From Alphaproteobacteria bacterium (lineage in GTDB: Bacteria; Pseudomonadota; Alphaproteobacteria; GCA-2731375), in NCBI GenBank assembly GCA_965232515.1, contig CBDDPY010000002.1:5824001-5888000 (forward strand): a stretch of DNA of 64,000 bases, in the 5' to 3' direction. Position 1 is the stretch's first letter, and the number at the start of each line of letters is the position of its first letter. This document shows positions 31,457 through 39,926 of this stretch, one piece after another. Under the pieces are notes generated by a model, which saw only the letters and a program-made list of their open reading frames with translations, was not told the origin of the DNA and did not search any database. A program made the position numbers and the translations under genes.

Positions 31457-32607
31457 GCGGGGAAGATTCGGCGCTGGACAGTCTCGTCGACGGAATCGCG
31501 GCGCGGGCGGACGAGATCGAGTCGGCGCGGCGCCTGCCGGCCGATCTGGCGCGGCAGCTCGCCGACGCCGGCCTGTTCCGGCTGCTGCTGCCGGCGGCCT
31601 ATGGCGGTCAGGAAGTTCATCCGGCCCATATGGTCGATACGATCGAGACGGTGGCGCAGGCCGATGGGGCGACCGGCTGGTGCGTGATGATCGGCATGAC
31701 CAGTGCCGTGACCGCGGCCTATATGCCGGCGGCGACGGCGCGGGAGATCTTTGGCGCCGATCCGCAGGTCATAACCGGCGGCGTGTTTGCGCCGCTGGGG
31801 CGCGCCGTGCCGACGGAGAACGGCTACCGCGTCGACGGACGCTGGCAATGGGCGAGCGGCTGCCAGAACTGCGACTGGCTGATGGGTGGCTGCGTGATCC
31901 TGGAGGACGGCAAGCCCCGGATGCTCCCGAACGGCCTGCCGGACAGCCGCATGATGTTCTTTCCGGCGGCCGACGTGACGATCCACGACACCTGGGAGGC
32001 CTCTGGCCTGTGCGGCACCGGCAGCCATGACATCGAGGTCGCGGACCTGCGGGTGCCGCCGGATCGATCAGTCTCCATCATCACCGACCGGCCGGTCGAA
32101 ACCGGGCCGCTTTATGCCTTTCCGATCTTCGGCCTGCTGGCCATCGGCGTCGCCAGTGTCGCGCTCGGCATTGCCGCCGGCGCGATCCACGACCTTGTCG
32201 AGCTGGCGGCGCAGAAGCGGCCACAGATGAGCCGTCGCGTGCTGGCGGAACGAGCCTCGGTGCAGGCGGACGTGGCGCGCGCGACGGCGCTGCTGCGATC
32301 GGCTCGCGCGTTCCTGCTCGAGGCCATCGACGCGGCCTGGACCGCGGCCTCGACCGACGGCGCCGTGCCGCTGGCGCAGCGCGCCGATTTGCGGCTGGCG
32401 GCGACCAACGCCACCCGCAATGCCGCGGACGCCGTCGATCTCATGTACGAGGCGGCCGGCGGCAGCGCCGTGTTCCGGCGCAGTCCGCTGCAGCGCCGGT
32501 TCCGCGACGTGCATGTCGCGACCCAGCACATGATGGTGGCACCGGCGACGCTGTCGCAGATCGGCCGCCTGCAGCTCGGCCTGGAGACCGAAACCGCGAT
32601 GCTATGA
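31453..32607 (+). CDS. Acyl-CoA dehydrogenase-fold flavin monooxygenase (HsaA-like)
   Basis: GRWQWASG, GLCGTGSHD, LQRRFRDVH; ATGA overlap with the upstream gene. Confidence 0.87.
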   Translation: MSGEDSALDSLVDGIAARADEIESARRLPADLARQLADAGLFRLLLPAAYGGQEVHPAHMVDTIETVAQADGATGWCVMIGMTSAVTAAYMPAATAREIFGADPQVITGGVFAPLGRAVPTENGYRVDGRWQWASGCQNCDWLMGGCVILEDGKPRMLPNGLPDSRMMFFPAADVTIHDTWEASGLCGTGSHDIEVADLRVPPDRSVSIITDRPVETGPLYAFPIFGLLAIGVASVALGIAAGAIHDLVELAAQKRPQMSRRVLAERASVQADVARATALLRSARAFLLEAIDAAWTAASTDGAVPLAQRADLRLAATNATRNAADAVDLMYEAAGGSAVFRRSPLQRRFRDVHVATQHMMVAPATLSQIGRLQLGLETETAML

Positions 32608-34101
32608 CCAGGGGTCGGCCCAGACCTCGAGCACACCGCCGTCGAAGTAACGCCGCGCCTCGGTCGGCAGCGGAATGTCGGCCTTGCCCTGCGTCAGGTC
32701 GAGCCGGCTGTTGTCGCTGCGCGGATGCCAGCGGTGCTGCATGACGACCTGGCCGTCCTCGCCCATCCGGATGCCGAAATGCAGCCGGTCGTTCATGATC
32801 CAGTCGCCCTCGTAACGCGAATCCCGGATCCAGCCGTCGTGCTTGTAGTGCGGTTCGATGCGAATATCGATGGCGCCACGGGCGAAGCCGTCGCGGCGGA
32901 CCTTTATCAGGTTTCGCCGGAAATAGCCGGTGAACAGATGGGTACGTTGCTCGCTGGTCGTTGCCGGCGGCGTGATGATGGCGCTCAGATGCTCCGACGT
33001 GCGGGTGTGGATGTAGCCCGGCTGGCCGCGGATGGCGACACTGGTTTCGATCAGCAGGTAGTCGAGCTTGTCGCCCTCCTCGCGTCGTCCGGGCAGATCC
33101 TTGACCAGCTTGCCCGGTCGCAGAAACAGCTTGAAGCGCAGGTCGCCGAACAGGAAGCGTGTCAGATTCTGGAAGCCCGCCTCGCTGTTGACGATGCCGA
33201 AGGGGCCGGAATGCGCGCGGTGCACGAAGGCCCGCGGCGCGCCTTTTACATAGGCGTTCTCGATCGTCACCAGCCCGTCGCTGCCGGGGCCGACCGCGGC
33301 CTTGGCGCTGCGCACGACGTAGTCCTGGAAGTTGGTGCCGACCAGCGAGAAGACGCGTTTCAGCGGCGGCGCGTGCCGCAGTGGCCGGTAAGTATGCAGG
33401 TCCTCGCCCGCGCCGAGGCGTAGATAGCGGCGCATCTCCTCCGGTCCGAAGGTGTCGGCGCCGTGGAAGCCGAAATAGTCGCGCACGCCCTCGGCCCAGC
33501 CAAGTCCCGAACGGAAGCTGATGCCCTTGTGCGGCGTACCGTAGGTGAACAGCTTGTCGACCCGCACCCATTCGAAGCCCTTGCGTGCGTCCGGCTGGTT
33601 CGCCAGCCGCGCCGGCAGGTGCTCGGTCGCCAGCGTTTCGTTCTGCAGATAGCTGCGGCAGATCAGACCGCCCATGCTGTGGGCGACCAGATTGACGGCG
33701 AAGCCGTCGGGGTCGCCGCAGGCCCGGCGGATGCGGTTCAGAAAGATCAGCAGCTCGGTGGCGTAGCCCTCGATCTCGGGCCGCGCTTCCCGCCGGATGC
33801 TTGCTTCGGGGTCGTAGTAACGGAACACCCAGAGCGTTTTGCGCCAGTCCTTGACCGAGTTCTCCAGCGGCCGGTTTTCCCAATCGACGAAGCTGTTGAA
33901 GGCGTCCTGGTAGCCATGCTCCTTCAACAGGCGTACGACGGGACTTTCGAAGATGTACATCTTCGGGTCGGCCGACGCTGCCATCTTGTATTGCGTGGCG
34001 CCCAGATTGAACCCGTAGTAGGGCGTGTTGAAGGTCGCCTCGACCTCCTCTTCGGTCATGGCGTAGCCGCGCACATAGACGATCGGCAACTGCTGGCCCA
34101 T
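32602..34101 (-). CDS. Alpha/beta hydrolase (PGAP1/lipase-like) with C-terminal extension
   Basis: Nucleophile elbow VAHSMGGL, YGTPHKG, GSDGLV, HRAHS; no signal peptide. Confidence 0.8.
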   Translation of the reverse strand: MGQQLPIVYVRGYAMTEEEVEATFNTPYYGFNLGATQYKMAASADPKMYIFESPVVRLLKEHGYQDAFNSFVDWENRPLENSVKDWRKTLWVFRYYDPEASIRREARPEIEGYATELLIFLNRIRRACGDPDGFAVNLVAHSMGGLICRSYLQNETLATEHLPARLANQPDARKGFEWVRVDKLFTYGTPHKGISFRSGLGWAEGVRDYFGFHGADTFGPEEMRRYLRLGAGEDLHTYRPLRHAPPLKRVFSLVGTNFQDYVVRSAKAAVGPGSDGLVTIENAYVKGAPRAFVHRAHSGPFGIVNSEAGFQNLTRFLFGDLRFKLFLRPGKLVKDLPGRREEGDKLDYLLIETSVAIRGQPGYIHTRTSEHLSAIITPPATTSEQRTHLFTGYFRRNLIKVRRDGFARGAIDIRIEPHYKHDGWIRDSRYEGDWIMNDRLHFGIRMGEDGQVVMQHRWHPRSDNSRLDLTQGKADIPLPTEARRYFDGGVLEVWADPWS

Positions 34102-34159
34102 CGGACGTTCCCCTTGTTTTCGCCGCCGAACGGGTCGGTCGGCCGTTTATGCTATTCGT

Positions 34160-35593
34160 TCAGAGCGTCTTCAAATACTCGATCAAGGCCGTCTTATCGT
34201 CCGCCGAAAGCGTCGTGCCGAAGACATGGCCGGCATTGCTGTTGCCGCGCACGTCGGTATCGTAGCGCCAGGCGCCGGCTGCCGCCGCCGCGTCGTCGCT
34301 GACAAATCCGATATTCCTCTGATCGTAAACGTCATAGCCGCGATAGAAACTTCGCGGCCGCTGATCCGGCGGCGTCAGCAGCGCGCGCAGGTGCGGCACC
34401 GAGCCGTTGTGCAGATAGGGGCCCAGCAGCCAGACGCCGCTCAGCGGCCGCGCGACGTAGCCGCTGGCGGCGGTGAATTCGGACTCATCCACGCCCAGCA
34501 GACGGAACCGCCGGTTGGCGCGCTCCGCGTCGTCCTTGGTGAAGCTGTCCGAGCGGCCGGGATCGGTGCCGATCTCATCGAGCGGGATGACCGAGCCGAC
34601 GCGGCCACCACCGCTGGCGTGACAGTCGGCGCAGTTTTCCGCGAACAGCGTCGCGCCGCGTTCCGCCAGGGCCTCGTCGACGCCGAACGGATAGGCCGGT
34701 GGCTGCAGCTTGCGCAGGAAGGTTTCGATGCGGGCGTTGCGCGCCTCGAAGTCCTTGAACGGCAGCGAGGCGATGCCGACCGCCGACAGCGTGACGACGG
34801 CGTTCGGCGTCAGGGCCTCGCCCGACCAGTGCAGCGCCTGGCCGTCGCGATCGTCGAGCCGCCAGACCGACGGGATGTCGGTGTTGCCCGACGTGTCGTC
34901 GTCGGGCTGTTGATTGAGAATGAACTTCACCAGGTTGAACGGATCGTCGCGACCCGGACCCCAGTCCGGCCGCGTATCGATCCAGGCGAATTGCTTTTCG
35001 GCCTGTTGGATCGCCTCGCGGGTGAAGGGGATGATGAAGAAGTAGTAGAGCGCCCGGTCCAGCAGCGACATGTCGAAGTCCATCGACATCTCGATCATCA
35101 GGCGCGTCGAGGTGAAACGCGGGTCGTTCGCCGCCGCGAACAGGAAGCGGAAAAGCTGTTGCAGACGCAACGTATGCGTCGGGCCGCCGACCACATAGGT
35201 CGGCAGGTCTTCCGGTTTTTCCCGATAGCTGGTGGTGTGGCAGAAGGCGCAGTTGAGGGTGACGCGCGGGAAGCCCAGTGTCTTCAAGGACAGCCCGACG
35301 GGAAGCGGCTTGCCCTCCTCCCACGGCAGGCCGAAAGAGGCGAAGCCGCCCGGTCCCGGAAGCAGATCCGGGAACACCCGCGGCAGGGTCACGAACAGCG
35401 GGTAGGGCAGGCCGAGCAGCAGCTCGGACCGCACCGAACCGTATTTGAAGAACTCCTCCTCGCTGGCAAACGCCGGCTGCTCGACGACGCGGAAGAACTT
35501 GTACCAGACCAGCAGGCCGGTCCCGGCGCCGATCAGGACCAGAATGCCGACCACCGCGACCAGGCGTCTCCAATACTTGCGTATGATCTCCAT
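34160..35593 (-). CDS. Membrane-anchored di-haem cytochrome c, RoxA/bCcP-like
   Basis: N-terminal TM helix, CAFCH and CADCH, PYLHNGSVP, GNSNAGH. Confidence 0.82.
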   Translation of the reverse strand: MEIIRKYWRRLVAVVGILVLIGAGTGLLVWYKFFRVVEQPAFASEEEFFKYGSVRSELLLGLPYPLFVTLPRVFPDLLPGPGGFASFGLPWEEGKPLPVGLSLKTLGFPRVTLNCAFCHTTSYREKPEDLPTYVVGGPTHTLRLQQLFRFLFAAANDPRFTSTRLMIEMSMDFDMSLLDRALYYFFIIPFTREAIQQAEKQFAWIDTRPDWGPGRDDPFNLVKFILNQQPDDDTSGNTDIPSVWRLDDRDGQALHWSGEALTPNAVVTLSAVGIASLPFKDFEARNARIETFLRKLQPPAYPFGVDEALAERGATLFAENCADCHASGGGRVGSVIPLDEIGTDPGRSDSFTKDDAERANRRFRLLGVDESEFTAASGYVARPLSGVWLLGPYLHNGSVPHLRALLTPPDQRPRSFYRGYDVYDQRNIGFVSDDAAAAAGAWRYDTDVRGNSNAGHVFGTTLSADDKTALIEYLKTL

Positions 35594-35600
35594 GCCGGCC

Positions 35601-37178
35601 CTAGAACGTCTTCAGGTATTCGACGATGGCGTCTTTGTCGGCCGCCGCCAGGTGGGTGCCGTAGCGCCGGCCCTCGTGGCCGCGGTTGCCGTTGCCGGCC
35701 CACTTGCTGACGACGCATTGGTTGTCGGGATAGCGGTTTTCCGGGTTCTTCTCGTGGGCGCAGAAGACGCCCCGTTCCGGGTCGTCGACGCATTGCGTTT
35801 CGAAACGGAAGAACGTGCGGCCGTTCTGTTCGGCCACGTCCGAGACGAAGCCGACGCGTTTCTGGTCGAACACGTCATTGCCCCTGTAGAACACTTTCGG
35901 GCGGTTTTCCGACGGCTCCAGCAGGTCCCGCAGGCTCGGCACCGAGCCGTTGTGCAGATACGGTCCGCGCAGCCAGATGCCGTCGAGCGGCATGTTGGCG
36001 TAGCCGTTGGTCTTGCGGAACCGGCGGAAGCGCTCCTCCGGGAAGCCGCCGTAGAGCAGGTTCTGATTGACCGCCAGCAGCCGGGTGTAGTTGTCGAGCC
36101 GGCAGGGATCGGTGCGGACGCGGTCGATCGGCTCGACCTTGCCGACATACTTGCCCTCGAAATTGCGGCCATCGACACCGTGGCAGTCGGCGCAGTACCG
36201 CGCATAAAGTGGCTTGCCCTTGGCGGCCAGCTCGCCGTCGATCGGAAACGGATAGGCCGGCGGCACGTTGACGTCGTCGTTGCGCAGCCAGGCCGCGGTG
36301 CGGGCCAGCGACTCACGGTCGATCACGACCGGCAGCCCGCCCGAGCCGAAGGCGGCGCTGCGGTTGCGTTCGTCGACGGAATCGTTGTTGCCGTCCCAGT
36401 GCAGCTGCATGCCGCGATCCTCGCGCTGGCCCTGGATCCACAACGACGGGAAGTCGTTGAGCCCGATCCATTCGCGCTCGGGCAGCTTCTCCAGCGGCCA
36501 GTTCATCAGTACTTTCGCCGGATTGAAGGTGTCGAAGCGGCCCGGCCCGGCTTCCGGCTGCCGGTCGAGAAAGCGAAAGCGGTGCCTTGCCAGCAATAGC
36601 CCGAACCGCATCAGGGGAATGCCGACGGTGCCGAGCGTCGCGCGGTCGATCCAGTCGTAGTCGACGCCGGCCCGCTCCAGCTCGGCCAGGATGCGCAACG
36701 AGTTGAATTCCTCGTCGACGGTGCACTGGCCGAGGAAGTCGCGAAAGGTGGCCAAGTCCAGATTGTTCGCCGGCATGCCCAGCACGATCGTGGGTTCGCC
36801 GTCCGGCGTTTCTCGGTAGGTGCCGGAATGGCAGGCGGCGCAGTTCAGGAACACGCGGTCGAAGCCGAAGCTGCGGCGCACCGAGGTGCCGATGGGCAAG
36901 TCCTTGCCCGGCTCGTAGATGAAACCGAGCGACTGCCAGCCATCGCCCGGCAGGTACTTGGCGCAGAGCGTCGGCAGGATCTGCCAGATGCCGGTCGGGA
37001 TGCCGGCCAGCCGGTCGCCGCCAGTGGAACCGTATTTGAAGTGATCCCGGTCGTCGGCATAGGTGACCGGTTCGTCCTCGAGGAAGCGGACCGCGAGATA
37101 GCCGACGAAAACCACAATCAGCACCAGCAGGCCCCAACCGACGATGCGCCGAAACAGTCTGAAGAATGCACGGAACAT
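35601..37178 (-). CDS. Membrane-anchored di-haem cytochrome c, RoxA/bCcP-like (paralogue of the next gene)
   Basis: N-terminal TM helix, CAACH and CADCH, LHWDGNN, PYLHNGSVP, GNGNRGH. Confidence 0.82.
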   Translation of the reverse strand: MFRAFFRLFRRIVGWGLLVLIVVFVGYLAVRFLEDEPVTYADDRDHFKYGSTGGDRLAGIPTGIWQILPTLCAKYLPGDGWQSLGFIYEPGKDLPIGTSVRRSFGFDRVFLNCAACHSGTYRETPDGEPTIVLGMPANNLDLATFRDFLGQCTVDEEFNSLRILAELERAGVDYDWIDRATLGTVGIPLMRFGLLLARHRFRFLDRQPEAGPGRFDTFNPAKVLMNWPLEKLPEREWIGLNDFPSLWIQGQREDRGMQLHWDGNNDSVDERNRSAAFGSGGLPVVIDRESLARTAAWLRNDDVNVPPAYPFPIDGELAAKGKPLYARYCADCHGVDGRNFEGKYVGKVEPIDRVRTDPCRLDNYTRLLAVNQNLLYGGFPEERFRRFRKTNGYANMPLDGIWLRGPYLHNGSVPSLRDLLEPSENRPKVFYRGNDVFDQKRVGFVSDVAEQNGRTFFRFETQCVDDPERGVFCAHEKNPENRYPDNQCVVSKWAGNGNRGHEGRRYGTHLAAADKDAIVEYLKTF

Positions 37179-37187
37179 GGGCGCCGC

Positions 37188-38951
37188 CTATTCCGTCTCG
37201 ACCGGTGGCAGCATCGCGCTCTCGACGCAGCACCGGGGCTCGTCGGGCAGGCCCAGGGCGTCGTAAAGCGCCGCCATCAGGCGGGCGCGCCGAAACGGCT
37301 GGGCGGCCAGCGCGTCGTCACGGCCGGCCAGCGCGTCGTCACGCATGCGTCCCACGGCGGCGACGACGACGGCGAAATCGTCGGTCAGCTCGACCGAGAG
37401 ACGGGTCTCGAATTCACTCTTGCTCGCAGCGCCGCGCGGCGCGGTTAGAATGACCGCGCTGACGGCCGCACCATCGCTCAAACGGGCGCCCAGGCCGGCG
37501 CCGCGCTCGACCAAGGTCAATGACAGCCGCCAGGTCTCATCGTCGATCTCCCGCGTCGCGGCGGTCACGTCCAGGTTCACCAGTTGATCGCGCCCCGAAA
37601 ACGCCAGCCGCCGCAGCGTCCCGGTACCATCTGCGGTCACGTGGCCAGCCATCGTGATCCGGTTCGGAGTCTCGCCCCCGTCCTGGCAGCGAATGCGCAG
37701 CTCGGCATCGCCGGCGACGCGGACGCGACAGACCGTTTCGGCGACCGTCCGGCTGGCGTCTTGCGCAAGGCGGCGTAGATCAGCGTCCAGGCGCCGGAGG
37801 TCGCCCGCCGACAGGAAACGGGACAGTCCGACGACGACGGCGTCGATCTCGTTGTCCGCGCCGTCCGTTGCTTGCCAGATGACCAGCGGGTCGCGGCCCG
37901 TGCTGGGATCGAAAACGCCGTCCGGTTCGACCAGATCGGCAAAGGCCGTGAATCCGGCCGGCAGATCGGCCAGGGGATCGCGGTCCGGTATGTCCGGGTT
38001 CGGCAGCGCCAGACCGCTTGGCCAGATCCGGCTCCTGTTGGCCGCCACGACCTCGGCGAAGCGGTCGCGGAACCGTGCGGCGGGACCGTTGGCCAGACGA
38101 CTGCCGGCAAGACCGTATTGCAACGCCGCGAGAAAGCCGGCGGCGCGGCAATTGATGCCGTCGGTGTCGTCGCCGCAGCCGTCGCGCCAGACCTTCTGGA
38201 AGAGCGACAGCTCGTTCGCCCGATCTGTTGCGCTGTCGATGGCGTCCGATGGATCGACGCCGGCTTTGGCCGGGACGCCGTCAAATGACGGTCGCTCGGC
38301 CTGCAGGCGCGCGGCGACCAGCGGACTTGCCGTGGTCTCGTTCCACAGCGGTCGCGAGAAGATCGGCGCCTGGTTCTGATGGCACTGCGTGCAGATGCGG
38401 CGCTCGGCATACAACACCTGTGGCGTCCGGTCCGGTCCGTAGTCGTGCACCAGCTGAAACTCGAACCGCCCGGCTGCCTCGTTGTAGCTGATCACCTCGA
38501 TCGTCTGCGACCGCGGCTGAAAGCCCAGGAACAGCCGGTCCCGCAGCAACGGCGCATTGTCCGTGCCGTCGGCGGCGTCCTGGTCCACGGCGACGATTAC
38601 GCGCGGTGCGGCAAAGAAATCGGGTTCGGCGGCGAAGCGTTGCAGTGAACGGCCGATCGGGATCAGCGTGCGCTTGAACGCGGTCTCCGGCGTCCGCCCC
38701 AACCGTGCCGCGATGACGCGCTGCAATTCGGTGAAGGGGTAGGGCACGTCGTAGACGGTGCGGCCATCGACCTGCCGCGTGACCAGGAAGTCGAACAAAG
38801 ACCGTCCGACCGGCGGCACGTTCGGCCCCGCCTCGTCCGGATCGACGACCCAGACGGCGTCGGTCTGGCCGACAGCCGCCGCCGGGGCGGCGCCCGTCAG
38901 CATCGCCGCGAGGGCGATTGCGCAGGCCGAGCTTGTGGTGCTCCAGGTCAT
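37188..38951 (-). CDS. Exported hypothetical protein with one CxxCH
   Basis: Ala-rich signal peptide, CTQCHQN. Confidence 0.72.
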   Translation of the reverse strand: MTWSTTSSACAIALAAMLTGAAPAAAVGQTDAVWVVDPDEAGPNVPPVGRSLFDFLVTRQVDGRTVYDVPYPFTELQRVIAARLGRTPETAFKRTLIPIGRSLQRFAAEPDFFAAPRVIVAVDQDAADGTDNAPLLRDRLFLGFQPRSQTIEVISYNEAAGRFEFQLVHDYGPDRTPQVLYAERRICTQCHQNQAPIFSRPLWNETTASPLVAARLQAERPSFDGVPAKAGVDPSDAIDSATDRANELSLFQKVWRDGCGDDTDGINCRAAGFLAALQYGLAGSRLANGPAARFRDRFAEVVAANRSRIWPSGLALPNPDIPDRDPLADLPAGFTAFADLVEPDGVFDPSTGRDPLVIWQATDGADNEIDAVVVGLSRFLSAGDLRRLDADLRRLAQDASRTVAETVCRVRVAGDAELRIRCQDGGETPNRITMAGHVTADGTGTLRRLAFSGRDQLVNLDVTAATREIDDETWRLSLTLVERGAGLGARLSDGAAVSAVILTAPRGAASKSEFETRLSVELTDDFAVVVAAVGRMRDDALAGRDDALAAQPFRRARLMAALYDALGLPDEPRCCVESAMLPPVETE

Positions 38952-38974
38952 CCGCGCCCCTCGGCGGCGTCGCC

Positions 38975-39913
38975 CTAGTTGATGGCGACCGTCCGCTGCT
39001 GCTCACCGACCCAACAATCTTCGGCCGTCTGGCCGGTCTGCCGGAAGGCCTCGCCCTCGGCCGCGTCGATCTCGGCGCTATAGAGCGTGAAGTTGAGCAG
39101 GAACACCCGGTTGATGTAGGCGCGGCCAAGATACAGGCCGGGCCGGATCATGCGGATCTCGTCGCGCACGTTCAGGCCCTTGCGGCCGGCCAGCGCGTCC
39201 GGCTGCGGACGGTAGTTCGACAGCTCGTCGTTGTAGGCGTAGTCGATGATGATCGACTCGCGTCGGCTGTCGACCAGGCTCTGACCGCAATAGAGCTTGG
39301 CCGGGAACAGCAGCCAGACATCGGTCTTCGGCGCGAACACGCGCAGCCAGCTGCGCCGGTCGATGGTCGTGGTCAGGATGTCGTCGGTGTCGTCACCCAG
39401 CAGCGGCTTCAGGATCGCCAGATCCTCGATGTAGTTCCGCAGTACCCGTTCGTCCCGATAGAACACCTTGCCCTTCCACAGGCTGCGGCCCAGGAATTCG
39501 AGCTTCTTGATCTCGGCATCGGCAATCCGGCCCTTGATGCCGCCCAGGATCTCGCCGAGCCGCGAATCAAGGCTATCACCCTTCGGGAAGAACAGGTCGC
39601 CGACGAACGGCCCGTCCGGAATCGGCCCGGCCGTCAGACGGCCGTAAATCTGGTCGATCTGCTCCTGGGTCAGCGCGCGCAGGTTGGCCTGCGTGATCTG
39701 GCCCAGGTCGGCGGTCGACAGCGGAAACTCCGCCTCGACCTTGGCGAAGTCGACCCGGAAGACCTTGGCCGGATTGTCCGGATCCTTAAGCGAGATGTCC
39801 TCCAGCGGCGCGAACGGAATGTCCGGCGCCGTCGCCGAGGTCTGACCTTCCTGGCAGCCGGCGACCGCCAGCCCGACGACGAGGACGGTCGCGCACGTGA
39901 GTTTGCTGTGCAT
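38975..39913 (-). CDS. Hypothetical lipoprotein
   Basis: Lipobox LAVAG-C; C-terminal RDEIRMIRPGLYLGRAY. Confidence 0.78.
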   Translation of the reverse strand: MHSKLTCATVLVVGLAVAGCQEGQTSATAPDIPFAPLEDISLKDPDNPAKVFRVDFAKVEAEFPLSTADLGQITQANLRALTQEQIDQIYGRLTAGPIPDGPFVGDLFFPKGDSLDSRLGEILGGIKGRIADAEIKKLEFLGRSLWKGKVFYRDERVLRNYIEDLAILKPLLGDDTDDILTTTIDRRSWLRVFAPKTDVWLLFPAKLYCGQSLVDSRRESIIIDYAYNDELSNYRPQPDALAGRKGLNVRDEIRMIRPGLYLGRAYINRVFLLNFTLYSAEIDAAEGEAFRQTGQTAEDCWVGEQQRTVAIN

Positions 39914-39926
39914 GATCGCGCCCTCC

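Noticed and set aside
37304-37343. 19-nt direct repeat cggccagcgcgtcgtcacg with 21-nt period
   Set aside because: Only two copies, in frame inside a CDS (RDDALA); not a CRISPR array or att site
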